Positions 10,367-21,021 are shown, counted from the stretch's first letter. The stretch: DNA of 64,000 nucleotides from Erythrobacter sp. (GCA_023653115.1 JAMNXO010000006.1:35869-99868), one strand, 5' to 3'. Numbers and translations: made by a program. Notes: generated by a model from the sequence alone, not told the origin.

Positions 10367-11515
10367 ATGCGCCTGTCCGATTGCCACAATATCGATGATT
10401 TCCGGGAGCTGGCCAAAGCGCGCCTGCCCTTCCCCGTGTTCGACTATATCGACGGCGCCGCCGATGACGAGTTGACCAAGGCGCGCAACACCGCCGCCTT
10501 TGCCAGCGTCGATCTGGTGCCCGATGTGCTCGCGGGCGTGGAGACGATCGACACCTCCTGCACCATCCTCGGGCGGCGTTCGGCGCTGCCGCTGATGCTC
10601 TCGCCCACTGCGGTGCAGCGCGCCTTCCACTGGCAGGGCGAGAGGGCCGTGGCGCGTGCGGCGGAGAAATACGGGCTGTGGTTCGGTATCTCCAGCCTCG
10701 CCACGCGCAGCATCGAGGAGATCGCCGCGCTCACCAGCGGGCCCAAGCTGTTCCAGCTTTATGTCCATAAGGACAAAGGCCTCAACACCCACATGATCGA
10801 GCGCTGTCAGGCGGCGAAGTTCGACGCGCTGGCGCTGACGGTCGACACCATCGTTTCGGGCAAGCGCGAACGCTGCCTGCGGAGCGGCTTCACCACGCCG
10901 CCGCGCTTCACGCTCGCCAGCGCGCTCAGCTACGCCGCCCGCCCGCGCTGGACGCTGGATTACCTGCTGCGCGAGCCCTTCCGCCTGCCCAATCTCGACA
11001 CCCATGTCAGCGAGGGCACCAACAAGGCGGTCAGCATCGCGGAATATTTCAACACCATGCTCGATACCTCGATGACATGGGACACCGCCGCTGCGATCCG
11101 CCAGCAATGGGGCGGCACCTTTGTGCTGAAGGGCGTGATGAGCGCCGCCGATGCACGCCGTGCGGTGGAGATCGGGGCGGATGCGATCATGATCTCGAAC
11201 CACGGCGGCCGGCAATTGGACGGCAGCCGCGCGCCGTTCGATCAACTGCCCGAGATTGTCGATGCGGTCGGCGGCGAGATCGAGATCATCTGCGATGGCG
11301 GCATTCGGCGCGGCACCCATGTGCTCAAGGCGCTGTGCAGCGGGGCGAGCGCAGCATCGGGCGGACGGCTCTATCTCTACGCGCTGGCCGCCGCCGGACA
11401 GGACGGGGTCGAACGCGCGCTCGGCATCCTCAAGGATGAGATCGAGCGCGGGATGCGGCTGATGGGGGTGACGCGCGTGGATCAGCTGACGGGTGATCGG
11501 CTGCGTTTTCGGTGA
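10367..11515 (+). CDS. FMN-dependent alpha-hydroxy acid dehydrogenase/oxidase (LldD-like)
   Basis: FDYIDGAA, LTVDT, SNHGGRQLDG and DGGIRRG. Confidence 0.9.
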   Translation: MRLSDCHNIDDFRELAKARLPFPVFDYIDGAADDELTKARNTAAFASVDLVPDVLAGVETIDTSCTILGRRSALPLMLSPTAVQRAFHWQGERAVARAAEKYGLWFGISSLATRSIEEIAALTSGPKLFQLYVHKDKGLNTHMIERCQAAKFDALALTVDTIVSGKRERCLRSGFTTPPRFTLASALSYAARPRWTLDYLLREPFRLPNLDTHVSEGTNKAVSIAEYFNTMLDTSMTWDTAAAIRQQWGGTFVLKGVMSAADARRAVEIGADAIMISNHGGRQLDGSRAPFDQLPEIVDAVGGEIEIICDGGIRRGTHVLKALCSGASAASGGRLYLYALAAAGQDGVERALGILKDEIERGMRLMGVTRVDQLTGDRLRFR

Positions 11516-11581
11516 TTGTCATAATTGGGTAACGCAAAGCGCGCTTGAGGCGGCGCAGCCTTTTCGCAACGGACCGCAACC

Positions 11582-12043
11582 ATGACCGCTCGCACCAGAA
11601 TTCTCGCCGCCCTCCCCATCGCGCTGGCTGCGCTGACGCTCGCCGCTTGCGGCAGCGAGCCTGATCCGGCCGCCAATGATGCCGACAGCTTTGCTGCACG
11701 CATCAACCAGAACGCGGCCCCCGGCGCGACCCCTGGCCCGGAAGCCACCGCCACGCCGACAGTCGCCAAGCCGCTTCCCGGTGCAGCCCCCGGCGCCTTT
11801 GCCGAAGGCACCCAGACCGATCCGGCCTCCAAGACGTGCGGCGCAAACCTGATGGGCCCGTTCATCGGCAAGCCCGCCGATCAGGCCACGCGCGCCGCCA
11901 TCGCCGCCGCGCTCGGCCGCACCGATAACCTGCGCTTTGTCGCCTATGGCAGCGCCGGCTTCGTCAATCCTGATCCGACCAACCCGCGCCTCAGCCTGAT
12001 GCTCGATGCGCAGAACGTGATCCGCGACGCGCGTTGCGGGTGA
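11582..12043 (+). CDS. Lipoprotein with C-terminal peptidase-inhibitor I78-like domain
   Basis: Lipobox LAAC, Pro/Ala linker, then CGA...RLSLMLD...IRDARCG. Confidence 0.65.
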   Translation: MTARTRILAALPIALAALTLAACGSEPDPAANDADSFAARINQNAAPGATPGPEATATPTVAKPLPGAAPGAFAEGTQTDPASKTCGANLMGPFIGKPADQATRAAIAAALGRTDNLRFVAYGSAGFVNPDPTNPRLSLMLDAQNVIRDARCG

Positions 12044-12121
12044 TTTGGGCGGGTAACGGGGCAGCAGGCGGGGACAATCCCTGCTTGCGCCTCCGGATAT
12101 AATCGGCAAAGACTGCGCTCC

Positions 12122-12172
12122 ATGACGCGGAACGGACTTACGCTGCTTCGACTTATGCGCCCTTGGGCGTAG
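12122..12172 (+). CDS. Putative leuA leader peptide MTRNGLTLLRLMRPWA
   Basis: 16-codon ORF ending 90 nt upstream of leuA with 4 Leu codons (3 are CTT). Its 3' end overlaps an RNA stem. Confidence 0.7.
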   Translation: MTRNGLTLLRLMRPWA

Positions 12173-12262
12173 GCAGCCGCGCGCACAGATCAGCGCGGCA
12201 CCGCTCCCAAGGGTAACCTGCCGCAGCTTCCCATCCTTCCTTGCGCGACGAGCCTTATTCCC

Positions 12263-13951
12263 ATGTCCATGCTCAAGCATCCTTCCGCCAAATACCGCCC
12301 GTTCGGCCAGATCAACCTGCCTGACCGCCAGTGGCCCAGCCGCCTGATCGAGACCGCGCCGCGCTGGCTCTCCACCGATCTGCGCGATGGCAACCAGTCG
12401 ATCATCGATCCAATGGACGCGGTGAAAAAGCGCCGCTTCTTCGATCTGCTGGTCGAGATTGGCGTGAAGGAGATCGAAGTCGGCTTCCCCAGCGCGGGCG
12501 CGACCGAGTTCGATTTTATCTCGGGCCTCGTGCGTTCGGGCGACATTCCCGATGACGTGACGGTGCAGGTGCTCACGCAAAGCCGCGAGGATCTGATCCG
12601 CACCAGCTTCGACAGCCTCGAAGGCGCGCGCGCGGCGATTGTCCACCTCTACAACGCGGTCAGCCCCGCATGGCGCGACATCGTGTTCCGCATGAGCAAG
12701 GACGAGGTGAAAGCGATTGCGGTTGCGGGCGCCAAGGTGATGCGCGACGAGGCGGCCAAGCGTCCCGGCACCGACTGGCACTTCCAGTATTCGCCCGAAA
12801 CCTTCTCCACCGCCGAACTCGATTTCTCGATCGAGGTCTGCGCGGCGGTGATGGAGGTGCTCGCCCCCACGCCCGAACATCCGATCATCCTCAATCTGCC
12901 CGCCACGGTCGAGGCGGCAACGCCCAATATCTATGCCGACCAGATCGAGTATTTCACCCGCCACCTGCCGAACCGGCAGAGCGCGGTCATCTCGCTCCAC
13001 ACCCACAATGATCGCGGCACCGGCGTGGCTGCGGCGGAACTCGGGCTGATGGCGGGCGCGGACCGGGTGGAAGGCTGCCTGTTCGGCAATGGCGAACGCA
13101 CCGGCAATTGCTGCCTCGTGACGATGGCGCTCAATCTCTACACCCAGGGCGTCGATCCGGGGCTGGATTTCTCGGATATCGACCGGGTGATCGAGACGGT
13201 GGAATATTGCAACGACATCCCCGTTCACCAGCGCCACCCCTATGGCGGCGAGCTGGTTTACACCGCCTTCTCCGGTAGCCATCAGGACGCGATCAAGAAG
13301 GGCTTCGAAGCGCGCGAGCAGCAGAATGACGAGGCGTGGCGCGTCCCCTATCTTCCCATCGATCCGGCCGATCTGGGGCGCAGCTATGAAGCTGTGATCC
13401 GGGTCAATTCGCAATCCGGCAAAGGCGGGTTTGCCTGGGTGCTGGAGAAAGATCAGGGCCTCAAGCTGCCCAAGAAAATGCAGGCCGATTTCTCGCGCCA
13501 CGTCCAGCACCTCGCCGATGAACTGGGCCGCGAACTCAACGCCGCCGATATCTGGGACGCGTTCAAGGGCGCCTACCACGTCCAGACCTATCCCAAGCAT
13601 TTCCAACTGGTGCGTTACGAGGAAAGCCGTGCGTCCGACGGCACCCGCATCTTTGCCGGCACCATCGCGGTGCAGGGGCAGGAACAGAGCGTCTCGGGCC
13701 GCGGCAATGGCCTCATCTCAAGCGTGATGGGCACCTTGCGCGAAGCCTTCGGGGTTGAACTCGAAGTGGTCGACTATACCGAGCACGCGCTGGGCCAAGG
13801 CACCGATGCGCGGGCGGCGGCCTATCTCGAATGCCGCAGCGCCGACGGGCGCACGATCTGGGGCTGCGGGATCGACGAGGACATCGCCACCGCCAGCGTG
13901 CGCGCCGTGCTCTCGGCAGCCAATGTCGCGGTCGGGAAAAGCGCAGGGTAA
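12263..13951 (+). CDS. leuA: 2-isopropylmalate synthase
   Basis: [37 protein letters not shown] and [10 protein letters not shown]. Confidence 0.96.
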   Translation: MSMLKHPSAKYRPFGQINLPDRQWPSRLIETAPRWLSTDLRDGNQSIIDPMDAVKKRRFFDLLVEIGVKEIEVGFPSAGATEFDFISGLVRSGDIPDDVTVQVLTQSREDLIRTSFDSLEGARAAIVHLYNAVSPAWRDIVFRMSKDEVKAIAVAGAKVMRDEAAKRPGTDWHFQYSPETFSTAELDFSIEVCAAVMEVLAPTPEHPIILNLPATVEAATPNIYADQIEYFTRHLPNRQSAVISLHTHNDRGTGVAAAELGLMAGADRVEGCLFGNGERTGNCCLVTMALNLYTQGVDPGLDFSDIDRVIETVEYCNDIPVHQRHPYGGELVYTAFSGSHQDAIKKGFEAREQQNDEAWRVPYLPIDPADLGRSYEAVIRVNSQSGKGGFAWVLEKDQGLKLPKKMQADFSRHVQHLADELGRELNAADIWDAFKGAYHVQTYPKHFQLVRYEESRASDGTRIFAGTIAVQGQEQSVSGRGNGLISSVMGTLREAFGVELEVVDYTEHALGQGTDARAAAYLECRSADGRTIWGCGIDEDIATASVRAVLSAANVAVGKSAG

Positions 13952-14019
13952 GCCTGCTTCCCGCGCTTGCCTGATGGCCGATTTGCGCGCAGTCTCGCGA
14001 GCGAGGGAGGGTGCCGCCA

Positions 14020-14808
14020 ATGAGCGTGCTCGAACATGATCCGGCGCTGCCGCAGCCGATGCTGCCGCCTCCGCAGGTGGCCGATGATCTCACGCTTGCC
14101 GATCTCGGCGCGGCGCTGAAGGCGGGATGGCGCGATTTTCGCAGCCTGCCGCAATTCGGCCTGTTCTTTGGCGGCTTTTATGTCCTGGCCGGCCTCGCAA
14201 TCGGCTGGTTCACGGTCACTGGCGGCGAGCCGACCTGGCTGATCCCGGCGATGGCAGGCTTCCCGCTGGTCGCGCCCTTTATCGCAGTCGGGCTCTACGA
14301 AGCTAGTCGCCGCCGCGAGGCCGGCGAGCCGTTATCGTGGCGCGCCGTACTGGGCACGTTGAAAGGCCACGGCGATGACCAGATTCTCTCGATGGGGGTG
14401 ATCGTGTTCGTCGCCTTTTCGTTCTGGATGATCATCGCCCACGCGATCTTCGCGATCTTCATGGCGGAAAGCGGCATGGGCGGAGACTCGCTCGCCGCTC
14501 TGCTCACCCCTGCCGGTCTGGCGATGCTGACAGTCGGCAGCACGGTGGGCGCGGTGATGGCCTTTGCCTTCTATGCGATGACGGTGATCAGCCTGCCGAT
14601 GCTGGTCGAACGCAAGGTCGATTTCCTCACAGCGATCATCGCCAGCTTCGCGGTGGTGCGGCGCAATCCTGTGGTGATGCTCGGCTGGGCAGCGACCATT
14701 GCGGGCCTGCTGTTCATGGCGATGCTGCCGGCCTTTCTCGGCCTAGTGGCCGCGCTGCCGGTGCTCGGCCATGCGACCTGGCACCTCTATCGCCGCGCGG
14801 TGCGCTGA
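14020..14808 (+). CDS. DUF2189-like integral membrane protein
   Basis: GWRDF, GLYEASRRRE and PVLGHATWHLYRR. Multiple transmembrane helices. Confidence 0.8.
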   Translation: MSVLEHDPALPQPMLPPPQVADDLTLADLGAALKAGWRDFRSLPQFGLFFGGFYVLAGLAIGWFTVTGGEPTWLIPAMAGFPLVAPFIAVGLYEASRRREAGEPLSWRAVLGTLKGHGDDQILSMGVIVFVAFSFWMIIAHAIFAIFMAESGMGGDSLAALLTPAGLAMLTVGSTVGAVMAFAFYAMTVISLPMLVERKVDFLTAIIASFAVVRRNPVVMLGWAATIAGLLFMAMLPAFLGLVAALPVLGHATWHLYRRAVR

Positions 14809-14844
14809 GGGCTGCGACAACACAACCACGATCGGGAGAGATTC

Positions 14845-15906
14845 ATGACCGCCACCACCCATGCCCGCGAAGCGATTCTCGAGCCCGATCTGCCGATCAT
14901 CGATCCGCATCATCACCTGTGGGATCTACGCCCGCTGGTGCCGATGTTCCCGGAGCCGCGGCATCACTTCATCGCCGGGCTGGTGGACAATGCCTATTAC
15001 ACCTTCGACCAGCTCCACACCCACCTGACCAGCGGTCACAACATCATCGGCACCGTCTTCATGGAGTGCGGCGCGTTCTACAATGGCGCGCTGGGCGAGG
15101 CGCTGAAGCCGGTGGGCGAGGTCGAGTATGTCAACGGCGTCGCGGCGCAATCGGCGAGCGGGCTGTATGGCGCGGGCCGTGCCTGCGCAGGCATCGTCGG
15201 CCATGCCAACCTGATGCTGGGGAGCGAGGCGGGCGCGGTGCTCGATGCGCTCCATGCCGCAGCGCCGCGCCGGTTCAAAGGCATCCGCCATGCCGGCGCG
15301 TGGGATAGAGATCCGGACGTGCTCGGCCCGGCCTTCCACCATCCCGAAGGCCTGTATCGCGACGCGACCTTCCGCGCAGGCTTTGCTGAGCTCGGCAAGC
15401 GCGGGATGACGTTCGATGCCTGGGTGCTCGAGCCGCAATTGCCCGACGTGATCGATCTGGCGCGGGCCTTCCCCGATCAGCCGATCTGCCTCGATCACTG
15501 CGGCACGCCGCTCGGGGTGATGAGCTACAAGGGCCACCTGCACGAACGCTTCGATGTCTGGCGCCGAAACATCCACGAACTGGCCGCTTGCCAGAACGTG
15601 GTGGTGAAGCTGGGCGGCCTTGCGATGGCCTTCTGCGCCCTGCCCGAGGATGGCCCGGCGGCGGGCCACGGATCGGAGCATCTCGCCGCGCTGTGGCGGC
15701 CCTATATCGAAACCTGCATCGAAGCCTTCGGGCCGAACCGCGCGATGTTCGAGAGCAATTATCCGGTCGATTACTGGGGCGCGGATTACGCGGTGCTGTG
15801 GAACGCTTTCAAGCGCCTGACCCGCGCCGCGAGTGCGGACGAGAAGGCCGCGCTCTATGCCGGCACCGCCGCGCGCTTCTACGGGATCGAGCACCTGCTC
15901 GGCTGA
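14845..15906 (+). CDS. Amidohydrolase_2-family metal-dependent hydrolase
   Basis: IIDPHHHLWD, GIRH, LDHCG and MFESNYPVD. Confidence 0.88.
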   Translation: MTATTHAREAILEPDLPIIDPHHHLWDLRPLVPMFPEPRHHFIAGLVDNAYYTFDQLHTHLTSGHNIIGTVFMECGAFYNGALGEALKPVGEVEYVNGVAAQSASGLYGAGRACAGIVGHANLMLGSEAGAVLDALHAAAPRRFKGIRHAGAWDRDPDVLGPAFHHPEGLYRDATFRAGFAELGKRGMTFDAWVLEPQLPDVIDLARAFPDQPICLDHCGTPLGVMSYKGHLHERFDVWRRNIHELAACQNVVVKLGGLAMAFCALPEDGPAAGHGSEHLAALWRPYIETCIEAFGPNRAMFESNYPVDYWGADYAVLWNAFKRLTRAASADEKAALYAGTAARFYGIEHLLG

Positions 15907-15994
15907 GGCGGGCGATTACCAAAATCGCGCTTGGCACCTGCGGAACCCGCGCTAGAGACGCGGGTTAAGCCAGAAACGTTTTGAGGAGAAACCG

Positions 15995-16999
15995 ATGCCC
16001 CTTCCCGCCCCGTTCGATCGTCTGCGTCTGCCGCTGATCGGATCGCCGCTGTTCATCGTTTCCGGCCCCGAGCTGGTGATTGCGCAGTGCAAGGCAGGGA
16101 TCATAGGCAGCTTTCCGGCGCTGAATGCGCGGCCGCAATCGCAGCTGGACGAATGGCTCCACCAGATCACCGAGGAACTGGCCGCCCACAACCGCGCGCA
16201 TCCGGATCGTCCGGCCGCGCCCTATGCGGTCAACCAGATCGTCCACAAGACCAACGACCGCGTCGATGCCGACATGGCGACCTGCGCCAAGTGGCAGGTG
16301 CCGATGGTGATTACGTCGCTCGGCGCGCGCGAGGACATCTACACCGCCGTGCGCAACTGGGGCGGCGTCACCATGCATGACGTGATCAACAACCGTTTTG
16401 CCCACAAGGCGATCGAAAAGGGCGCGACCGGCCTGATCCCTGTCGCCGCAGGAGCTGGCGGCCATGCCGGCGCGCTGTCGCCCTTTGCGCTGATGCAGGA
16501 AATCCGCGAGTGGTTTGATGGACTCGTCGCCCTGTCGGGCTCGGTCGGCCACGGCGCGACCATCCTTGCAGCGCAAGCCCTGCGCGCCGATTTCGCCTAT
16601 GCCGGCAGCGCCTTCATCGCGACCCGCGAAGCCAACGCCACCGAAGGCTACAAGCAAGGTATCGTGGACGGCTCGTCGGAAGGCATCGTCTACACCAACC
16701 TGTTCACCGGCGTGCATGGCAACTACCTGCGCTCCTCGATCGAGGCGGCGGGGATGGACCCGGACAATCTGCCGGTCAGCGATCCCAGCGCCATGAACTT
16801 CGGCAGCGGCGGCAACACCAAGGCCAAGGCGTGGAAGGACATCTGGGGTTCGGGCCAGGGCATCGGGCCGATCAAGGAAGTCGGCAGCGTCGAAGATCTC
16901 GTCGCCCGGTTCGAGCGCGAATATCACGCCGCCAAGGCGCAGCTGCTCGCCAATTCGGGCTACACTTCGTGGGGTGCGATGGCGGAAGCGGCCGAGTAG
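15995..16999 (+). CDS. Nitronate monooxygenase / 2-nitropropane dioxygenase-family flavoprotein
   Basis: GSFPALNAR, GAGGHAG, GSAFIATREA and WKDIWGSGQG. Confidence 0.88.
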   Translation: MPLPAPFDRLRLPLIGSPLFIVSGPELVIAQCKAGIIGSFPALNARPQSQLDEWLHQITEELAAHNRAHPDRPAAPYAVNQIVHKTNDRVDADMATCAKWQVPMVITSLGAREDIYTAVRNWGGVTMHDVINNRFAHKAIEKGATGLIPVAAGAGGHAGALSPFALMQEIREWFDGLVALSGSVGHGATILAAQALRADFAYAGSAFIATREANATEGYKQGIVDGSSEGIVYTNLFTGVHGNYLRSSIEAAGMDPDNLPVSDPSAMNFGSGGNTKAKAWKDIWGSGQGIGPIKEVGSVEDLVARFEREYHAAKAQLLANSGYTSWGAMAEAAE

Positions 17000-17002
17000 C
17001 GT

Positions 17003-17521
17003 CTACTCCGCCGCCCACAGGGCTTCGGCCATCGCGTCAAGCTCGGTGAAATCGAAGCCGGTGCCGAGCGGATCCCTGCGATTGAGCAGCATCCGCCGGC
17101 GCTCGGCCAGCAATTGCCGCCTGAGCGCGGTTTGCAACAGGTGCAGCCGCATCAGCGCCTCGGCCAGCGCCAGCTCGGGGTGGTGGCTGCGCGAGAGCGA
17201 CCAGTTGGCTTCGATCCGGCCCACGCGTGCGATCACCACCTCGTTATAGCGCCGATGCGGGCCGCGATGCAGCGGCATCCCGGTGCGCACCGTCGCCTCT
17301 TCGTTGGCGGGCAGCAGCAGGCCGTTGATGCGGAAATCGTCAAACCCCACCCTCCGGCGCCCGAGCGCTGCAAACATCGGCCCGAAACACCGGTGCGAGA
17401 GCAACTGGCGTGGCAGCAGGTGGTGGCGTTGGAACGCGGGATCATAGCCGGGAAAACCGCGGCGGTTGACCTCGCGAAAGGGAATGACAGTGCGGCTGGC
17501 GGAGCGACCCGTTGGCTGCAT
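17003..17521 (-). CDS. AHH-family (HNH/EndoVII fold) nuclease-domain protein
   Basis: QRHHLLP ... NGLLLP ... HRGPHRRYN matches the AHH pattern. Confidence 0.72.
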   Translation of the reverse strand: MQPTGRSASRTVIPFREVNRRGFPGYDPAFQRHHLLPRQLLSHRCFGPMFAALGRRRVGFDDFRINGLLLPANEEATVRTGMPLHRGPHRRYNEVVIARVGRIEANWSLSRSHHPELALAEALMRLHLLQTALRRQLLAERRRMLLNRRDPLGTGFDFTELDAMAEALWAAE

Positions 17522-18451
17522 CTATTCGCGCCACACCCTGATGAAATCACGGTTGCGCGAAGGACGCATCACCAGCCGCGTGCCGTCTGGCGCGACAATC
17601 CGCTCGCTCTCCTCCAGCCCGCCGACAATCACGAGCTGGTTGACCAGCCTCACCCCGAGCCGCGTTGCGGCCACCTTATCGGCAGTAAGCGGCGGCTCGA
17701 TCCGCAGCTCCTGCCCGATCCAGAACGCCAGACCAACGCTTTGCAGGGCGCCATCGGCGGCCTCGTCAAACGCGGTGAGGCCGAGCGCGGGGAAAGCACC
17801 GCCTTCGAGCCAGGCGGTGATCACGGATTCGAAGAACCGCCGCCCGATCGCGCTGCCCGAGGGCTGCCAGAACACCGCCTGCAAATCCTCGAAATGCTGG
17901 GTCAGATCGCGTGCGAGGCCGAGCATGCCCTTGAGCACCGGCATACTGCGCTCGCCGCCGGCAAGGTGCGGGCCGGGCGTGATCGATAGAGCCTCCAGCG
18001 CTTCGGCGCCCGTCGCGGGGAAATCAAACCGGTGTGTGATGGCCGGCACCTGACTCGAAGGACCATCGGCAAGCCCGCGCAGATCGAAGGTCAGCCCCTC
18101 ACGCAGCAGCTCCAGCCATGTCTCGTCCTGCGCATCGGCATCGCCTGCGGCCTTACGCAGCGACTCGCCCTGCGCAACCAGCAGGCCCGCGGCAGGATCG
18201 GCGGCAGGATCATGGCTCAGCGAGACAGCATGCTGGCGCGATACAAAAGCGCGTATCGCCGCGCGCGACGGTCTTGTGCCCGGCGCGAACAGCAAGTGTA
18301 GCACAGCGGAATCAGCGTGCTGCGGCGGTAGAATAGTCGCGGCCCCCCTTCGTCTTGCGCCTGACCGAGCCACAATCGGGCAATCAACATTGGCGTGTTT
18401 GGCGCCTATCGTCGAGTCCCCAATGGACTCCCCTGTCCCGATAAGGGTCAT
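17522..18451 (-). CDS. Hypothetical protein, possibly DUF4261-like; true start may be downstream of 18451
   Basis: Long ORF whose stop abuts the AHH start. C-terminal LQSVGLAFWIGQELRI resembles the DUF4261 pattern (tentative). Confidence 0.6.
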   Translation of the reverse strand: MTLIGTGESIGDSTIGAKHANVDCPIVARSGARRRGAATILPPQHADSAVLHLLFAPGTRPSRAAIRAFVSRQHAVSLSHDPAADPAAGLLVAQGESLRKAAGDADAQDETWLELLREGLTFDLRGLADGPSSQVPAITHRFDFPATGAEALEALSITPGPHLAGGERSMPVLKGMLGLARDLTQHFEDLQAVFWQPSGSAIGRRFFESVITAWLEGGAFPALGLTAFDEAADGALQSVGLAFWIGQELRIEPPLTADKVAATRLGVRLVNQLVIVGGLEESERIVAPDGTRLVMRPSRNRDFIRVWRE

Positions 18452-18454
18452 ACC

Positions 18455-18949
18455 CTAGAAGATGCCTTGGGAAAGCCCCTCTGCCAGCGCCGATCCCATT
18501 TCCCGGCATTGTTTCAACACCTTGTCTGGCACCTGCTTGGGCGCGGCGATGGCTTCAGGGGTCTGGGCAGCAAAGTTCACGATCAGCGGCGGCGCGACCC
18601 GCCGCAGTCGCCACCCGGTCGCGATGCGGTCGATCTGGCGCTGGGCGCCCTCCCCGTCGGAACCAGCAGCAATGATCGTGGCATAGGGCCGGCCTTCGAT
18701 CCGCCCGAGCGCTGCGTAATAGGTGGAATCGAACATTTCCTTCATCAGCCCGCTCATACTGGCGAGGTTTTCGGGGAACACGAACAGGTATCCGGCCGCT
18801 GCGAGCAGCGCCTCGCCAGTGACCATATCGGCCCGCAGCAGCCGCGCATTTGGAGCTTCAGCGGCAGCCGCCTGCGCCATTGCTGCGCTTGCGCCGGTGC
18901 GGCTGTGCCAGGCGATCAGCAAGTGCGGCGCGGGCGGGATTTCGTCCAT
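18455..18949 (-). CDS. Flavodoxin-like / NAD(P)H-dependent FMN reductase-family protein
   Basis: WHSRTG, FPENLASMSGLMKEMFD and AGSDG. Confidence 0.82.
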   Translation of the reverse strand: MDEIPPAPHLLIAWHSRTGASAAMAQAAAAEAPNARLLRADMVTGEALLAAAGYLFVFPENLASMSGLMKEMFDSTYYAALGRIEGRPYATIIAAGSDGEGAQRQIDRIATGWRLRRVAPPLIVNFAAQTPEAIAAPKQVPDKVLKQCREMGSALAEGLSQGIF

Positions 18950-19031
18950 CGCTGCTGGGTGGCCCGCGATCCTGTCGATTGTCAATCGCTTGCGCCTGTG
19001 CGGCCTGTGCGGTTTGCGGTAGGAGAGTGAT

Positions 19032-20831
19032 ATGGCCTCTGTTTCCACCCCGCTCGCCCCGCACGCCCATGTGCTGGGCGTCACATCCTCCCTCTCAGGC
19101 AAGGCGTGGCGCTGGCGCGGGGGCAATATGGAGTTGGGGGCTGACGCAGCCCAGGGCCTTGAACATTCGATCCTCGATCAACTGCTGCTGACCCGCGGCG
19201 TTGCCGAGGATGATCTTGCCCGCCACGCCAAGCCGACCTTGCGCGATTTCCTGCCCGACCCTTCCGTGTTCCGCGACATGGACACCGCCGCCGAACGCCT
19301 TGCCCTCGCCGTGATGCAGGGCGAGCGGGTGACGATCTACGGCGACTATGATGTCGACGGAGCGACCAGCGCGGCGCTGCTGGTGGAGCTGCTGCGCCAG
19401 CTCGGCTTGGACGCGGGCTATTATATCCCCGACCGCCTGCTCGAAGGCTATGGCCCCTCTGGCGAAGCGCTGGTGAAGCTGGCCGAGGCCGGATCGCAGC
19501 TGATCGTGACGGTCGATTGCGGCGCGATGGCGCACGAAGCGCTGTTGATGGCCAAACAGGCGGGGGTCGATGTGATCGTGGTCGATCACCACAAGTGCTC
19601 GCCCGAACTTCCCGTGACAGCGGCACTGGTCAATCCCAACCGGCTGGACGAGAGCGATCTGGGCGCGGCGCATGGCCATCTCGCAGCGGTGGGCGTCGCC
19701 TTCCTGCTGGGGATTGCATTGGTGCGCACGATGCGCGCCAAGGGCTGGTTTGCCGAGCGGCGCGAGCCTGATCTGATCGGCCTGCTTGATCTGGTGGCGC
19801 TCGGCACGGTGGCCGATGTGGCCGCGCTGCACGGCCTCAATCGCGCCTTTGTGGCACAAGGCCTGAAGGTGCTCGCGCGGCGCGAGCGGATCGGCATGGC
19901 AGCGCTGATCGATGCAAGCCGTCTGACCCGCGCACCACAAGCCAGCGATCTCGGCTTCGCGCTCGGCCCGCGCATCAATGCCGGCGGCCGGATCGGCGAA
20001 TCGACATTGGGCGTCAGGCTGCTCACCACCACCGATGTCGAAGAAGCCCGCGCTATCGCGATCCAGCTCTCGCAATTGAACGAAGAACGCCGCGCGATCG
20101 AAGGCGAAGTGCAGGAAGCCGCCGAAGCCCTGCTGGCCGGTCAGCACAATATGGCGGTGCAGGTGCTTGCCGGGCATGGCTGGCACCCGGGCGTGATCGG
20201 CATCGTCGCGGGCCGCATCAAGGAAAAGACCGGCAAGCCTGCAATCGTGATCGCGCTTGATGATGTGCAGGGCAAAGGCTCCGGCCGCTCGATCAGCGGG
20301 GTCGATCTGGGGGCGGCGATCATCGCCGCGCGCGAGGCCGGGCTGCTGGTGGCAGGCGGCGGGCACGCGATGGCGGCGGGGTTGACGATTGATCCGGCCC
20401 GGCTCGCCGATTTCACCGGCTTCCTCGACGAACGCCTCGCCCGCGATGTCGAGCGCGCGCGCGCGGGCGCGGCGATGCTGCTTGATCTGGCGCTGGCGCC
20501 GGGCGGGCTGACGCCTGAACTGGTCGAGACGCTTGAGGCTGCCGGCCCCTATGGCGTCGGCTGGCCCGCCCCGCGCATCGCGGTCGGCCCGGTGCGGATT
20601 ATCAAGGCGGATATTGTCGGCAAGGATCACCTGCGGCTGGTCGCCAGCGGCAATGACGGACGCAGCTTCAAGGCCATCGCCTTCAGGGCCGCCGAAACCG
20701 AGATGGCGCAGACTCTGCTCCACCGCAGCAACGGGCGGCGTTTCCACCTTGCCGGCCGTGCGCGGATCGATGACTGGGGCAACCGTCCGGCGGCCGAATT
20801 GCAGCTCGAAGACGCCGCTTTCGCCGATTGA
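19032..20831 (+). CDS. recJ: ssDNA-specific exonuclease RecJ
   Basis: GDYDVDG, TVDCG, DHH, GTVADV, PRINAGGR and GGGHAMAAG. Confidence 0.96.
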   Translation: MASVSTPLAPHAHVLGVTSSLSGKAWRWRGGNMELGADAAQGLEHSILDQLLLTRGVAEDDLARHAKPTLRDFLPDPSVFRDMDTAAERLALAVMQGERVTIYGDYDVDGATSAALLVELLRQLGLDAGYYIPDRLLEGYGPSGEALVKLAEAGSQLIVTVDCGAMAHEALLMAKQAGVDVIVVDHHKCSPELPVTAALVNPNRLDESDLGAAHGHLAAVGVAFLLGIALVRTMRAKGWFAERREPDLIGLLDLVALGTVADVAALHGLNRAFVAQGLKVLARRERIGMAALIDASRLTRAPQASDLGFALGPRINAGGRIGESTLGVRLLTTTDVEEARAIAIQLSQLNEERRAIEGEVQEAAEALLAGQHNMAVQVLAGHGWHPGVIGIVAGRIKEKTGKPAIVIALDDVQGKGSGRSISGVDLGAAIIAAREAGLLVAGGGHAMAAGLTIDPARLADFTGFLDERLARDVERARAGAAMLLDLALAPGGLTPELVETLEAAGPYGVGWPAPRIAVGPVRIIKADIVGKDHLRLVASGNDGRSFKAIAFRAAETEMAQTLLHRSNGRRFHLAGRARIDDWGNRPAAELQLEDAAFAD

Positions 20832-20923
20832 AAGCCGGCTCGGCAAGTTTTTGCCGGAGCGGCGCAAACGGGGCTTGACCGATCCGATTCACCCCCCTAG
20901 TTGCGCGCTCTCGCAATCGCGAC

Positions 20924-20998
20924 GGCCCCTTCGTCTAGCGGTTAGGACGCGGCCCTTTCACGGCTGAAACACGGGTTCGATTCCCGTAGGGGTCACCA
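20924..20998 (+). tRNA. tRNA-Glu (TTC)
   Basis: Cloverleaf GGCCCCT...AGGGGTC-A-CCA. Anticodon arm CGGCC-CTTTCAC-GGCTG. T-loop GGTTCGATTCC. Confidence 0.97.
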
Positions 20999-21021
20999 CC
21001 TCACGATTGCGAAACACAAAC

